Assembly (NCBI RefSeq): GCF_009914755.1
Contig: NC_060927.1
Strand: one strand, 5' to 3'
Source of the DNA: the human T2T-CHM13v2.0 reference genome, Homo sapiens
Length of the DNA: 64,000 bases
In this document: piece by piece, positions 1 through 13,786 of the stretch
How the letters are laid out: every line of letters begins with the position of its first letter
How positions within the stretch are numbered: position 1 is the first letter of the stretch
The notes under the pieces: generated by a model
Databases searched by the model: none
What the model was told of the DNA's origin: nothing
What the model saw: the letters and a program-made list of their open reading frames with translations, nothing else
Translations under genes and position numbers: made by a program

Positions 1-515
1 ATTCTGAAATTATAGGCAAATATTATGTATTTGCACATATTGTATATTGTGCATATTTTTATCAGATTTTCAACAGGGACCTCATCCAGGACCAACTATC
101 TCACTTCAGTGTAAAAAAAAAAAAAAAAAAAAAAAACACCAAAAAGAAAAACAAAGCACCCTGAATGTTCCAAAGCCCAAAACTCAATTTTGAACACCTC
201 TGATTCCTATTCCTTTGAGTTCCAGTCTAAGAACTCAACCTCGTGCATCTCCAAGATTGAGCAAAAGATCAAGGAAATTTTTGTCATTGCAACAAATTTT
301 CCCTGATGAGGTCTGTCAGCTGCCATGGGGCCAGGGAACAAGCAGCAGCCAGAGCTCCAGCTCACAAGCTGTCTGAGGGCCCCAGACACCCACTCCCAGC
401 ACCCGCCCAATCTGATGCCCAACAGGAGCCTCAGATTTCAAATCCAGTATACCCAAACCTAAGCTTATCATCTTCTTGTCCAAACCTGCCTCTCCATCTA
501 TTTTGCTTTGTTGTA

Positions 516-760
516 ATAATAATAGCTCACATATGTTGGGCATTTTCGATATGCCAGGCATGGTACTAAAAGTTCTACCAACAACCTCCATGTAATTGTT
601 ACAAAAATCCTATAAAATAGGCATGAGTAGTAGTATACAGGATGGAAACTGAGTCACAGATTGATTGGAATATCTAGCCCTAGGTCACACAGCTAGCAGG
701 TGGTAGGGCCAGGATTCCAGCGTAGGCTCAGACTGTGTGAAGAGCCCACCTGCTTAACCA
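516..760 (-). mobile_element. MIR SINE
   Basis: MIR core on the reverse strand (ggaaactgagtcacaga...ggtcacacagctag...gccaggattc). Confidence 0.7.
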
Positions 761-779
761 GCTGAGCAGTCTCCTTCCT

Positions 780-1550
780 ATCTTGGTTGGAGATGCCACC
801 ATCCTGTACTCGGTCATCTAGACCAAAACACTTAAGGCAACTCTAGGCTCCTCCCACCCTCTCCTCCCCAGTTCCAGTGAATCAGAAGACACTATTGATT
901 TTATCTTTGACATTGCTCAAATCCATCTCCACCCCTGCACTGTCAGTGCCACCACCTCCTAAATACCCTCCCGGCCTCCACCCCCACATCCACCCTGTAC
1001 TGCTTCCAGAGCAGCCTGTTGGAAAACTAAGTCCATCTAGATCACTGCCCTTTAAACGCCATCACAATAAACTTCAAGTCTCTTAGCACAACATGCAGTT
1101 CTTCTCTCTGATTTTTACCTGCCTCCTCAGCTTCAGCGTTATCTTTTGGCACTCTCCATATCACATTTTGTGCTCCAGCTGCCTCCATCTGCATCTACCT
1201 GGCTTCAGCTTCTGCTGCACTGTTTCCTCTGCCTGGAATTGCAACCATCCCTCTCCACAACCCCACCTCCATTCCACCCTCCATCTGTAAGATATTATTC
1301 ATCTTTGAAACCCTCACTGGCCATCAGCTCCTCCAGACGCTTACCTTCACCTCCCCTCCTCTGAACAGATGTAATCGCTGCCTCTTCTGTGTTACTGCAC
1401 CTATCGCAGCTAGGTACAGCTCATACACTCTATTTTCTTATTCTATATGCCTACACCCTGAATGAGGGCAGGGGCTAATGTCTTATTCACCACTGGGCTC
1501 ACACTTTGCATGGTTCTGGTACATAGTAGGTGCCCAGTGTATGTTGTTCA
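780..1550 (+). mobile_element. L2 LINE 3' fragments (degenerate)
   Basis: Ends in an L2-type 3' end (gagggcagggg...tcttattcacc...ggtacatagtaggtgccc). Confidence 0.55.
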
Positions 1551-1941
1551 GACTGATCTAAAAACAGAGCATTGCCTGTATTGTGGGTGGGAGTTACACC
1601 TGACTTCTGGCTCCATGCCTGGGTCCTGAATGAAGTTACCCAATGTGGGGGTATTTGGCTGTAGGAAATGAACAGGGGATGGAAGGTAATAGAAATCCTT
1701 AAGCTTTAAAGCAGAAAAATGCAGTTCCTTAAACTTCAGACCAGTTCTTGTTCACCTCCCTGAAAATGTTCTGTGGATAAAACCCTATTCCTTCGCTTTC
1801 CCCAGGGCAGTGCAAAGTATGGGCACAGTCACTAAGTCCCTGGTTTTCCTTGTGGCCAACAGGTTCTAAAACTCTATAGGCAATCACAGGACCGTGGGAA
1901 CATTGCCTAGTAGGAGTTTGTCACAAAGATTTTAACATTAG

Positions 1942-2195
1942 GAGAGCAGTATGTGTAGTATACTTAAGTCAGTGAGAGTGTGTGCTCTGAGTTCAAATCC
2001 TGAATCTGCCCTTTATAGCTTTTTGACCTTGAGTGAATTACTAAGTATCTCCAAGTCTCAGCCTCCTCATGTAAAATGGAAATACAAGCAAACAAGTATG
2101 TGTCTTGTAAAACTGTGGTCAGAAATAGAGGAGAACCAATGTAAAGGGCCTAGACTTGCATGTACTAAGAATGCAAGCCAGGGACATTAGTTATT
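1942..2195 (+). mobile_element. MIR SINE
   Basis: gagttcaaatcctg...gaccttgagtgaattactaa...tctcagcctcctcatgtaaaatgg. Confidence 0.7.
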
Positions 2196-2257
2196 ATTCA
2201 ATCAGCCATGAGCCATAGAAGATAAGAAGTCAAAGTCAATCCATGTTCTTCTGAAAC

Positions 2258-2262
2258 AAAAA
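2258..2262 (-). terminator. RNA polymerase III terminator (T5) for tRNA-Cys
   Basis: TTTTT on the minus strand 11 nt after the tRNA discriminator base. Confidence 0.7.
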
Positions 2263-2273
2263 CACAAATGCAC

Positions 2274-2345
2274 AGGGGGCACCTGGATTTGAACCAGGGA
2301 CCTCTTGATCTGCAGTCAAATGCTCTACCCCTGAGCTATACCCCC
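2274..2345 (-). tRNA. TRC-GCA: tRNA-Cys (anticodon GCA), intact and intronless, no encoded CCA
   Basis: Reverse complement GGGGGTATAGCTCAGGGGTAGAGCATTTGACTGCAGATCAAGAGGTCCCTGGTTCAAATCCAGGTGCCCCCT (72 nt). Cloverleaf pairs, A and B boxes intact, anticodon at 2311-2313. Confidence 0.97.
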
Positions 2346-3675
2346 ATGCTGGTAAGCTTGCTTTTATAGTCTATCTCTCTCTCTCTCTCTCAACATTCTG
2401 GTTCTAAAAACCTCCAGTGACTCAGGGGAGCTATAATTAGAATGTTGTCTGAAGGAAGTCTGGGCATTACAAGCTTTAGAAGAGGTTTATTATGAAAAAA
2501 GACAGGACTCCTGAAAACTAAGTTCTCAGGAGCCAAGAAACTCTTCTTAGACTGGCCAGTACCCAGAGCCTTATTCCTGTCCACCATATCTCACAGAAGG
2601 CAAACCTCAATTCCAAGTAAAAATAATCAGATTCTCCACAAATGGCAACATCAATATAATGTGGATGACTGGATTCCTGTTGAGCTTCTCTTAGCTAAGG
2701 CTCCTAGCAACTGAGATTCTTATTCCTCTTCATGACTTCACAGAATTGAGCTCATAACTAGCACTCCAGATATTTGTTGCATTAAATTGACTCTGGAAAA
2801 ATATATATATAAATAACAATTTGTGTGAGATAGCTTTTCCAAGCCACAACTGTAAGATGGTTTTAGTCACACAAAAACAGATGGTCAGTGAGTTACACTC
2901 TTGTGTAACATAACGTCCCTGAAATTTGGAATATTGCCAACTTTGAAAGGTTATTTGATGAAGAGAAACAACACTCTAGATGAGAGTCTCTTAATCAACC
3001 AAGTAAATAATTTATCCTGGTCCAGCCACCAAAGATTCATTTTCAACTTCTAAACACAACCACAGTTACAGCAACCTATATTTCCTGACCTCATAAACAT
3101 CTCCTCTCACCCTAATAAATTGTGCAGGTGCTTCTTATGTAAATCTTACATGTTTGAGCCTATTGAGAAGTGTCTCTTCTGCCAATTTCCTAGGCCACAT
3201 ACATTATTCAGGCATTTCCAAGGGATCCTACATTTGGGATGATCATTTTGTGTCAGAGTTTTGGTTGGTTGGGAGCATAGAAGAGGCTCCTCTACCTCAG
3301 GCTGGAACTGAGAGCTAAGAAAATAATTACAATGCATGCTTTGCTCATTGTTCTTTTCTCATGCTGGCCATCAGTGGGAGTTGAGATTTTAACAGTAGCA
3401 GACGTACTCTGTGCTTCATATCAAAGAACTCCAGTGCTGGAAGGGTTTTAGAGATCATTATTTCAACCACTTCTTTTGTACACTAAGAAACACAGGTTGA
3501 GAGAAGCCAAAGAGCCTTGCTTAAAATCACAAGCATGTCAGTGGCAGGATATGGACTGGGGTCCACTCTACTTAGAGCACATTAGAGGCAGGGTCCTTTG
3601 AAGGCTCCCACTGCCTGGAACAACACAAGTGTTCAAAAAATGCTTGTGGGATAAATATCAGGCTGTAGTTGTATA

Positions 3676-3770
3676 CAGGGTGCCCAACCATCCTGGTTTA
3701 CTGGAGAGTTACCCAGTTTTAGTACTAAATGTTCTACATCTCAGGAAAGCTTTCAGTTCCAGGAAATTCC
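3676..3770 (+). mobile_element. hAT-Blackjack MER81/MER94-like fragment
   Basis: cagggtgcccaaccatcctggttt...cccagttttagtact resembles the MER81 terminal repeat and body. Confidence 0.5.
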
Positions 3771-4029
3771 TCAGAAAATTGGGTATTTTCTAAATGTTAT
3801 CACCTACTTTTTCCATTGTCACAGTTTTTATCATTTCCACATACCTCCTATAGTAGTATTTACTTACTATTTGTCTTGAAATCAACTTACTGTTTTTTTT
3901 ACTTAGCCTCATCCTGACCAAAAATATCCTTGAAATCATGCTAGTTGTATTTCTTTTTACTGTACATCAAAATACATAAACAACTATTAAAATATGTTAA
4001 AATCATATATAACATGTTCCATTTACAAC

Positions 4030-4185
4030 TTGCCATTCATGCTTCTAAACATTTTACAAATACTAATTTATTTAATCTTCAAGACAATCCAATGAGGGAG
4101 GAAATATTATCATCTTTACCTTACAAATGAGAAAACTGAAGCACAGTGAAGTTAAATAACTTGCCCAAGGTCACACAGCTAGCCA
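4030..4185 (-). mobile_element. MIR SINE
   Basis: ttacaaatgagaaaactgaagcacagtgaagttaaataacttgcccaaggtcacacagctag. Confidence 0.8.
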
Positions 4186-4244
4186 ACTTGTCCATATATC
4201 CCCAAAGTCATACTGGAAACCCTCAGTGGTCACCATAGTGTACT

Positions 4245-4833
4245 TATTAATTTAATATTTTAACCTGACTGGGCCACAGGGTGTCCAGATATTTGGTTAA
4301 ACGTTATTCTGGGTATCTGTGAAGGTATTTCTGGATGAGATTAACATTTGAATTAGTAGACTGAGTAATGCAGATTGCCCTCCCTAATGTAGTTGGGCTT
4401 CCTCCAATCAAGTTGAGATCCAAATAGAGGAAAAATGCTGAGTGAGAGGGGACTTCTCTTGCCTGACTGCTTTGAGCTGGGACATCAGTCTTTTCCAGCC
4501 TCTGGACTCAAAATGAAACATCAGCTCTTCTTGGGTCTTGAGCCTGCTGGCTTTCAGCCTGAAACTATACCATCAGCAATCCTGGGTCTCCAGCTTGCTA
4601 ACTAGAGATCTTGGGATTTCTCAGCCTCTATAATCATATGAGCCAATTCCTCGTAATAAATCTCTTTCTATATGTATATGTGTGTATGTGTGTGTGCAAG
4701 CATATACATATATGTATGTATGTGTGTATGTGTGTGTGTGTATATATATATCTGTGTGTGTGTGCATATATATATATCTGTGTGTGTGTGTGCGTATTTG
4801 GTTCTTTTTCTCTAGAGAACCCTGACTAATACA
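4245..4833 (+). mobile_element. MLT2 (ERVL) solo LTR with internal (TA/TG)n microsatellite at 4670-4795
   Basis: gactgggccacagggtgtccagatatttgg...ggatgagattaacatttgaat; 3' end ctagagaaccctgactaataca. Confidence 0.85.
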
Positions 4834-5279
4834 CACAGGATACTCTGGGAAGAATAGTCAGGCCTGCACTAGTTTTGAGGATCCTGTCCGTATTTGTTGA
4901 GATTGTTTAAACCCCATAAGGCCCAGAACAGCACCTGCCACAAGATAGGAGCTGAACTGATCTGCTCTTATATTCCTAACCTTCTGCTATCATGAGATCA
5001 CATATATGAATTTGCTCTCAGTGCTCTCAAAACATAAGTAAAAGTAAAAGTTAATGTTTGTTTTAATTATAAGGTATATAAGCCAAATAATCTGGTCTGA
5101 TTCCAAAGCGTAGCACTCAACGATTTTCATCAGAGCCACAAAAAAGGAGGGGATTTACAAAACAAAACATCTTGCAGAGATCTCAGAAAAATTGTGGCAA
5201 TTATTCAAAATATGTTCAACCACAGGTTTCAGAAACTGAAACTTCCTAATATTTCTAGATTCCATAAAACTAATAATGG

Positions 5280-6390
5280 AAACTAGAATTTAAGTTTTTC
5301 AAAGCTTCTGCACAGCAAAGGAGACAATTAAAACATGAAAAGGCAACTTACAGAATGGGATAAAATATTTCCAAACCACGTATCTGACAAGGGGTTAATA
5401 TCCAAAATATGTAAGAACTCATACAATTTAATAGAAAAAAAAACTAAATAGTCCAATTAAAAAGTGGGCAAAGGACATAAATAGACATTTTCTCAAAAAT
5501 GACATACAAACAGTCATCAATTACATAAAAAAAGCTCTCAACATCATTAATCATCATAGAAATGCAAATCAAAATGAAATATCACTTCACACCTGTGATA
5601 TACATATATATATATGTATATATATACACATATGTATATACTTGGATTTTATTGGAAATGTGTGTATATATATATGTATATATGTGTATGTGTGTATATA
5701 TATGCATAATATATATACACATACATATATAAGTATATATGTGTATATATACACATATATACACACATACTTATATATACATATATAATATATATACACA
5801 TACATATATACACACATATATATACATATATACACATACACATATATATACACACATATACACAAACACAATAGAATATTATTCAGCTATAAAAAAGAAG
5901 GAAATCTTGCCAGTTGTGATAACATGGGTGCAACTTGAGGGCATCATGCTAAGTGAAAAAGTTGGACAGAGAAAGAGAAATACTATATGATCTCACTTAT
6001 GTGAGGAATCTAAAAAACAATCGAACTTGTAGTTGTGGAGTAGGATGGTGGTTGCTGGGTGCTTAGTGGTGGGAGAAATAGGGTGATGTTGGTCAAATGG
6101 TTAAAAACTTTCCATTATAACATGAATAAGTTCTTTGGATCTAATGTACAGCATTGTGTCTATAGGTAATAATAAATGCTGTATTGTATACTTGAAATTT
6201 GCTTAGAAAGTAAACCTTAAAGGTTCTCACCATTTTTAAAAATGGTAACTATGTAAGGTAATGGAAGTGTTAACTAACTTGATTGTAATAATCATTTCAC
6301 AATGTATATGTATATAAAATTATAACATTGTATATCTTAAATATATACAATTTTATTTGTCAATTATACCTCAATGAAGCCAGGAAAAAA
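5280..6390 (+). mobile_element. L1MA-type LINE 3' end (late ORF2 plus 3' UTR) with internal deletion and microsatellite
   Basis: aagcttctgcacagcaaagg (KSFCTAK region); UTR gatctaatgtacagc; ends caattatacctcaat plus A-run. Confidence 0.85.
5597..5866. repeat. Compound (TA/TG/CA)n microsatellite, quasi-palindromic
   Basis: Read directly; includes a perfect 30-bp palindrome at 5733-5762. Confidence 0.95.
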
Positions 6391-6787
6391 ATTAAAATTC
6401 TCAGTAATCAGAAGGATTTTCCCCTTATATCAAGATATTGCTCTCAATTGAATTTTTTTCACTTTTTAATCCAAAGTTTACTCAACTGTAAAATGTGGAT
6501 GTTACAATTAGAAGATCTACTAAATTATTTCTAATCCTGACAATTAATGACTCACAAATTCAGATGTTACCTTCTCATGGAGGACCGAGTCAGAAAGTAC
6601 AAGGATGGCCAAATAATGGCAGAACAAAATGATTAAACTGTGTGAGAGTTTTCAAATACAATCCCACATTAAAAAGAAAATATGTTCTTACCATGGCCAC
6701 AAGATTCACCCTCAACCTTACTACCTTAATTTTTCCCCATATTATTTTGCACAAAATATTTGTTCTTATAAATGCCTTTGTCCTATG

Positions 6788-7555
6788 AAAATATGATCAA
6801 CATCCCTAATTATAAGTAAATGCAAATCGAAACCACAATGAGACATCACCTCACACCCGTTAGAATAACCACTATCAAAAGAACAAAATAACAAAGATTG
6901 TTAAGGATGTGGAGAAATTGAAACTCCTGTGTACTGTTGGTGAGAATGTGCAGTTATTATGGAAGATAACATGGAGGTTTCTCAAAAAATTAAAAATAAA
7001 ATTACCATATGATCCAACAATTCCACTTGTAGGTATCATCCAAAGGAATTCAAAGCAGGATCTTTAGAGGTAGTTGCATATCTATGTTCATCGCAGCATT
7101 ATTCACAGAGCCAAGAGGTGGAAGCCACCCAAATGTTCATCAACAGATTAATGAGTAAAGAAAATGTGGAGTATATTCACAATGGAATATTACTCAGCCT
7201 TTAAAAATAAGGAAATTCTATCCCATGCCTCATCATGGGTGAACTTCAAGTTATGCCAAGTGAAATAAGCCAGTTGCAGAAGGATAAATATTGTAGGAGT
7301 CTAACCATATGAAGTATCTTAAGCGTCAAAACCATAGAAACAGAAAGTAGAAATGTGGTTGCCAAGGGCTAGGGGGTTGGAGAGGCAAAAATTAATGTTT
7401 AGTTGGTATAGAGTTTCAGTTTTGCAAGACAAAAAGTTCTAGAACTGTGTTGCACAATGATGTGAATGTACTTAATGCTATTGAACTATATACTTAAAAA
7501 TGGCTAATATGGTAAATTTAATGCTATATAATGTTTTACCACAATAAAGAAAAAC
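6788..7555 (+). mobile_element. L1MB-type LINE 3' end
   Basis: atgcaaatcgaaaccacaatgagacatcacctcacacc...gggtatagagtttcagttttgcaag-like UTR...ttttaccacaataaa. Confidence 0.85.
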
Positions 7556-8687
7556 CTATGGTCTAATATTAGAAAGAAATTGTGTAATGAAGTAAACCAT
7601 CTCAAGAAAGCAGCTGCATGCCTATTGTGGAAATGGCAAGCACAGGCACATGTTATCTCACTTGAGGGTAAGATACTCTGCAACCTCTAACTTAGTGAAC
7701 AGATTGCGCCTGATTCACAGACCGAGACAAATTCTTCCTTTAACTCAATAGCAAACTCAAATGCCTCCCTCTGCCTGCAACAGGGCATACCACCACCTGG
7801 CATTCTTTGTTTCCCAGATAGTCATGGTGTCCTTTAGCCCTTTTCATTATTCACTTAACATCAAAACAAAATGCAGCTAATAATATTAGTCTATTTTTCT
7901 GGTCTTGGAGAAGTAGCATCTGAATTTAGGCCCTGTGCCCAGATTTCCCACTCTGTTGGCACTGTAGTCTAGGGAAGTCTTTCAAGTTTTTGTTAAGCCT
8001 TCAGCCAGGTGAGAGGTACATGTTAGTTTTATTTTATTTTTTTTAAAGGGAAAAAAAAAACAGAACGTCCCAGTCAAAGGGCACCAAACTAAATTGTCAT
8101 GGGAAAATTGGCCAAATGATATATTTAGTCAATGCTTTGCAGTTTACCTCTCAAAAGCCTTCAGGGGCTTTTATATATGTTTTATATATATGCTTTATAT
8201 ACACTCTATTATAGCCTGGAGGTCATACAATGTGCTATGTTTTACTCTAAAATTCACTCTCAAACTCATTCTCTCTCTCTTCTCTCTTCCACTTCCTCTT
8301 TCTTTCTCTCTCTCAACTTGATCCAGATTTTCCCAGGGTTCAAGTTATTTTCTAAATGAAACAAAAGCCCTTTTACAAGGTACATTCAAGCTGCTCAGAT
8401 TACTTTGTTCTAGTCCAGCAGTTACAATTTCAGGTAGAGATGTGCCTTGTTTTATGAGAAAGATTTGTTCCTTAAAAGTTACTGTGTGACCACCATATCA
8501 GTGAGATCAGTGTGTCCCTCCATGAATGCTTCTGCTAATTTGTTTCATGAAATGTCTTTTTTTCTCATGTACTCTCCCTCTCTAAGCTTTCCTAAGAATT
8601 AAAAAAATAGCAAGCTTACCAACCCTTTGGCTAGTGCACTGAATATAAGATTATTGGGAGAATAAGGAGAGTAATTTAATTCATGGA

Positions 8688-9283
8688 TGTGGTGGCTTAT
8701 ATGAAATCAACTTAGCTAAGCTGGAAATACATCTCCCGAAATTCCCTTCTCTGCATGGTTGTCTATCAGAGTTGCCCACAAGAAAATGTGCACATGTGAA
8801 GGTGGAAGTGAAGCAGCAGCATGTTTACAATGAGATGGAGGTGTAGAAGCAGGTGCTGTTGCATTCTGCCCATAGTCACTGATCTTGTGGCTCACTTTGT
8901 CCATCAGGGCAGCTGCAAGCACGTAGTTCCTCCACCTCCTACTGGATCTTCTCTTTAGCTTCTCTGAATCCTGGGCCAAGTTTGTGAACAGCTTTGGGGT
9001 GAAATGAGTCAGCCATTCTGCAAATCCCAACATTGTTGGAGTTGGAGGGTTTGGAGGCATTGAGAGACTGATGTGGGTTCCAATTTATCCTTTCTCTCCC
9101 CCACTTCATATTGATCTTCCTTTCCAGACTGCTGGCCTTGCTGACTTCAGGCCCAGCACTAGACACAGGAGCAACAGACTTACCTATACACTCACCAAGG
9201 TCCCACAATTGCGTGAGATCTCATCCCTATAATAAATATTTTATATCACTTATATGGTTCTGCTTCTCTGATTGAATTCTAAC
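8688..9283 (+). mobile_element. ERVL solo LTR (LTR33/LTR41-like)
   Basis: TG start; tacatctcccgaaattcccttc; ggaagtgaagcagcagc; AATAAA then ggttctgcttctctgattgaa. Confidence 0.65.
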
Positions 9284-9663
9284 TCCTTGGAAGTCAGAAA
9301 ATGACATGCAAGACTGAAATTCTTTGATTTGACCAAATCCTACTTGTAATGGCTTTCACTTCACTGTATGGCTGAAGAGGAGAGTAGTGGCATCCAGACT
9401 TGACTTCTCACCTTCTCTGGAGCCTCACTGTGAGCAGAGACCAGGAGGACAACTTCTGGCCTCCCTCAGGGGTCTCTCTTCACAGTCTTACCCTTAACCC
9501 TGTCTCTACTCTGCTGTCTCCCTGTATTTACCACTGTCCAGCCATGAGCCTGCTGGTTCATGTGTGTTTAGAGCCACTTCATATCTAAAATCAGATCTGT
9601 GTATATCAAATCATATTTTTTTATTGCAAACATATAGTTTTTTCCTTTCTCATTAAATTATTA

Positions 9664-10056
<393 letters not shown>

Positions 10057-11059
10057 TCAACTTCAACTCTGATCAATCAGTATGACCTTTGGGCAAGCCC
10101 CTGAATCTCTCTGGATCCTCCAGCCTTCAGCTGCAGAGAGAAGAAGCTGGAGTTGATGATCTCTAAAGACTCCTCCAACTTCAAACATTCCATTCTAAAT
10201 AAATGAGATGCTTTATCTTTAAAGAAGTTGGAAGTAAATATTTCCAGAAGCAAATACTTAGACTCTTATGCATATTCAAAGACATACCAAACATAGACAC
10301 AGCTGTATGAAAGTATGTTCTGGAATGAAGCTTAGAGCACATTTAATATTCAGTCATTGTTACTAAATTAACCCTAAGTCTTAGCACACTTATTTATATA
10401 GTTTCTGATCCTTTATTTTTGTTTTGATAATCTTTTTAGATGTATACTGCCTCAATCCCACTTGGAAGTAAGCGAAATATATACCATAAGGAAATAATTA
10501 AAATATTCTAGCAGCTCTGCAGGAAAACTACCTCAATTTAAAACTCCTTCATGATATCACCTAGGAATAGCAAATTAATGTATTATATTAATGTTGCTGA
10601 AAGCAATTCAGCTCTCAAAGGGCCCGGATTTACTTCTAGGAAGTGAATTTGGCTCCAGAAAAAAAAAAACTAAGCATATTTTTTGTCAATTTGACCAAGC
10701 TCCCATGGACTGAAATAGTTTTAATCTTTTCCTTATAGGAAAACTCCCTTATTTATCTGGGTCCTCTACCCTACCTGAGCTAAAGAATACCTAAGCCCAG
10801 TCCCTCATTTTGTGTAAGGGGCCTGAGACATTAATGTCTGTCTACTCCCTACTATAAGAACCAGGTCCGTATGTTTCATTATCACCAGTCTCTATGCCCA
10901 GGGACTGCCAGATCCCTGCTCCAGAACCAAATCCAGGATCCAGAGCTCTGCTTCCTATGAACAAGTGAGCCAGGTACTAGCTTCCTCTCTTCTCAAATCT
11001 CCTAGCATTACCTATGGGTCCATTTCTCAAGGACAAGGAAGAGTAACTCAGAGCCTAGA

Positions 11060-11860
11060 GGGCAGAGATAAGAACCATGGGAGATCATTCTCAGATAATA
11101 AGTATAAGAGCAAAGTAAGCCCTAATAAAGGAATTAGCCACATGTGCCTTGGAGATTTCAGAATTGCTGTGAACCAGTGGCTGCTGTGTGCCTCCTACTT
11201 TCTCACTTTCTGAATGGGAGTATCTACTGCAGTTATCCTATTCCTGTTCCACCACTGTAGGACAGATCATCAGTCTCTTTAATTTACAGGTTTTCAGATT
11301 GAGAAGGATGGTACTCAGGAAGATGGACTTGAGGAACCACACTGCAGGAGCCTCAATTGCATGTGGACCTCGAGTCTGAGCCTGATTTAATAATGGAATG
11401 AGATTTTTCTAGAATCTTTGGTGGAGTGAATATATGTTGCATTTGGGAGGAAAGTAAACAATTGTGGTCATAGGACAGATTGTGTTTTAACATATGGCCC
11501 CAAATTTCTTTAATGTTTTTCTCATTGAAAAGTAATGTCCATGTTTCCTCCATTTGATTCTGGCCAGCGGCTTAGGACTTCTACACCAACAGGCTATGGC
11601 AAAAGTAATGCTGTGTGACTTCTGAGGCTAGGTCTGAAAAGGACGTGCAGCTTCTACCTCCTTCTCCTGGGATCCTAGCTCTTGGATCCCAGCCACCATG
11701 CTATGAGGAAGTCCAAGCTGCCACATGGAAAATCTGAACACCTGAGGCTGATGTCCCACTATCACCAGTCTCTATGTAGGTATTCAGACCAACAGCCCCA
11801 ACTAAGGTCCAACAAGATGTGTGAGTGAACAAGTCTTTAGATCTTTCCAGCCCTAGCTGG
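11060..11860 (+). mobile_element. MaLR MLT1 internal 3' portion plus MLT1(F-H)-like LTR from about 11462
   Basis: ttcagaattgctgtgaaccagtg...ctgttccaccactgta (MLT1-int); gctgtgtgacttctgaggctagg and ccagccaccatgctatgaggaag (LTR). Confidence 0.7.
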
Positions 11861-13786
11861 AACTATCTGCCTGTATTTACCATCATTGCTGTACCTGTTG
11901 GGGCATTCTCCCATCTCATGCCTCAACCAGGATGAGAGATTGCAGTGCCCTTGGGTCCTGTTCCTTTTCTGTCTTGCTGACTATGCCTCACCACCATCAA
12001 ACACACTAGGCTACACCCAAACCCTGTCCTTCCTCTCACCTGCTTTGATTTGCTATGATAAACTGCACTGCCTTATAGCTGAATCTCAAAATAGTACAAA
12101 CACAGTGGTGCACAACATGACTATAATTAGGCAGTAAATAAGGAGAATGAAGTCATAGTCTAATACTTGACACTTGGCAATATAATCTGTTGAGATGAGC
12201 CTGAGACGTCTGATTTTTTTTTTTGGCACCTAAATCTAAGCAAATTGCACTATGTCTCCATCTCCACATTGGTATAGTACAAGGACCAACGATCAATAGA
12301 TGACAAGCTTTTACAAATCTCCAGCTTCACTTGGTAGAACCCCAAACCAGATACAATTGCCTCAGACCCCTCTGTAGGCAATCCAGGATTCCCTATCAGG
12401 AGGGAAGTGCAGCCAGCAACAACTTCCTGGTCAGTAGCTACCACTCCTCCCACACACTCAGTCTCCTTTGGACCTGAGATCTCAAGCCTTCAAAGAAGTG
12501 AGATGTTCTCCTTCTCCCAAAATGCCATCTGGCACACAGCCCCTAAGCCTCTGCTCTCTACTTCCTTCTGCCAGGCAATGCCATCAACGCTTTTCTTACT
12601 GAAAGGCCATGTGTTACACAGTACTACAATAATCCTCAAGATACTGAAAGTAATGCCAAGTGAAAGACCAAGGGGGTGGGTGGAGGGCTAATGGGCTGGA
12701 CGAAATAGCCACTTGATTGCTAGTTCATACAAGATGTGGCAGAAACTCCTTTTCTGGCTGGAGATCTTGGATGTCACATCTTAGAATCAGGTGGCAAAGC
12801 ATCTGTGAAGGGCAATGTGGCATCCCAGACAGTGGGTGGTGAGATCAGGAAGAAAAAATGGAAATCAACAGATGGTGGATCCTACAGCTGAGAACTGATT
12901 CTTCAATTTGACATGGTTGGCATAAACATTTTAAATGGAGCTTGGTAAAGATCAGGTTATTTTACCATTGACCAAGCTCTTGGCTTCTAAAAGGTCCTAA
13001 AATTTTGTTTCCTTTGCTTTCACGAGTGTTTATTTGCTTTCCAGGAACTTCAGGGAAAAAGGTTAAGTAATGGAGGGAGGAAAGAGGGAGGGGTTGGCAG
13101 ATCAAACACAGGACTTAAAAGTCCTAGATCTAAACCTTGAAATCCCCAGATATTTTATGTTATAAAAAGATGTCCCACTTTCAGAATCCAGTTCTGTAAA
13201 TAGTTTTCAGAAGTCGGGGGACTTGCAAAGATTTAATTTGCCTGACAAAAATTTTCATTGGCATTTTCTATATTTCCTAGCGCCACCCTCTATGATTTTT
13301 AATCCCTAAACATCTAAATTAATGTGGACATCTGCTTCTAGCAAATATAGTCAGAGCTGCCCTGCCACTGCCAATTTGCAATCATAAAACCATAGGAATA
13401 AAGGAAAAAGAAGTTAAACAGAACAACTCAGCCCAGCTTCCCGGAACTGGGGCCTTTTGTAACTTGCTCCCCTCCTCCTACCCCGTATCCTGCCCCCTCT
13501 CACCATGTCCCAATCTAATGTCATAATTCAACTGCCAAATATGCATAATAGGAAACATAAACCACAATCCTATTTGTTCTGTAATCATTCAAACATCACC
13601 AAGTTTTTGTCAGGACAGAAAATGAAAACTATGTGAATAAATACTGCATTCAAAGAACCTGTACACCGCCAGCCATTTAAGCCACAAGCTTATGATGAGG
13701 AGAATCTCACACTTTCTCGAAAGGGTGGCACTTTGCTCCTGGCCTGATGGTCATTATGTCTCCCGGACTTGGCTCCAGCTCCAGGC

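Noticed and set aside
13277-13297. CTCF-like GGTGGCGCTA on the minus strand
   Set aside because: Only the 3' half matches; the CCAC/CCAG half is absent.
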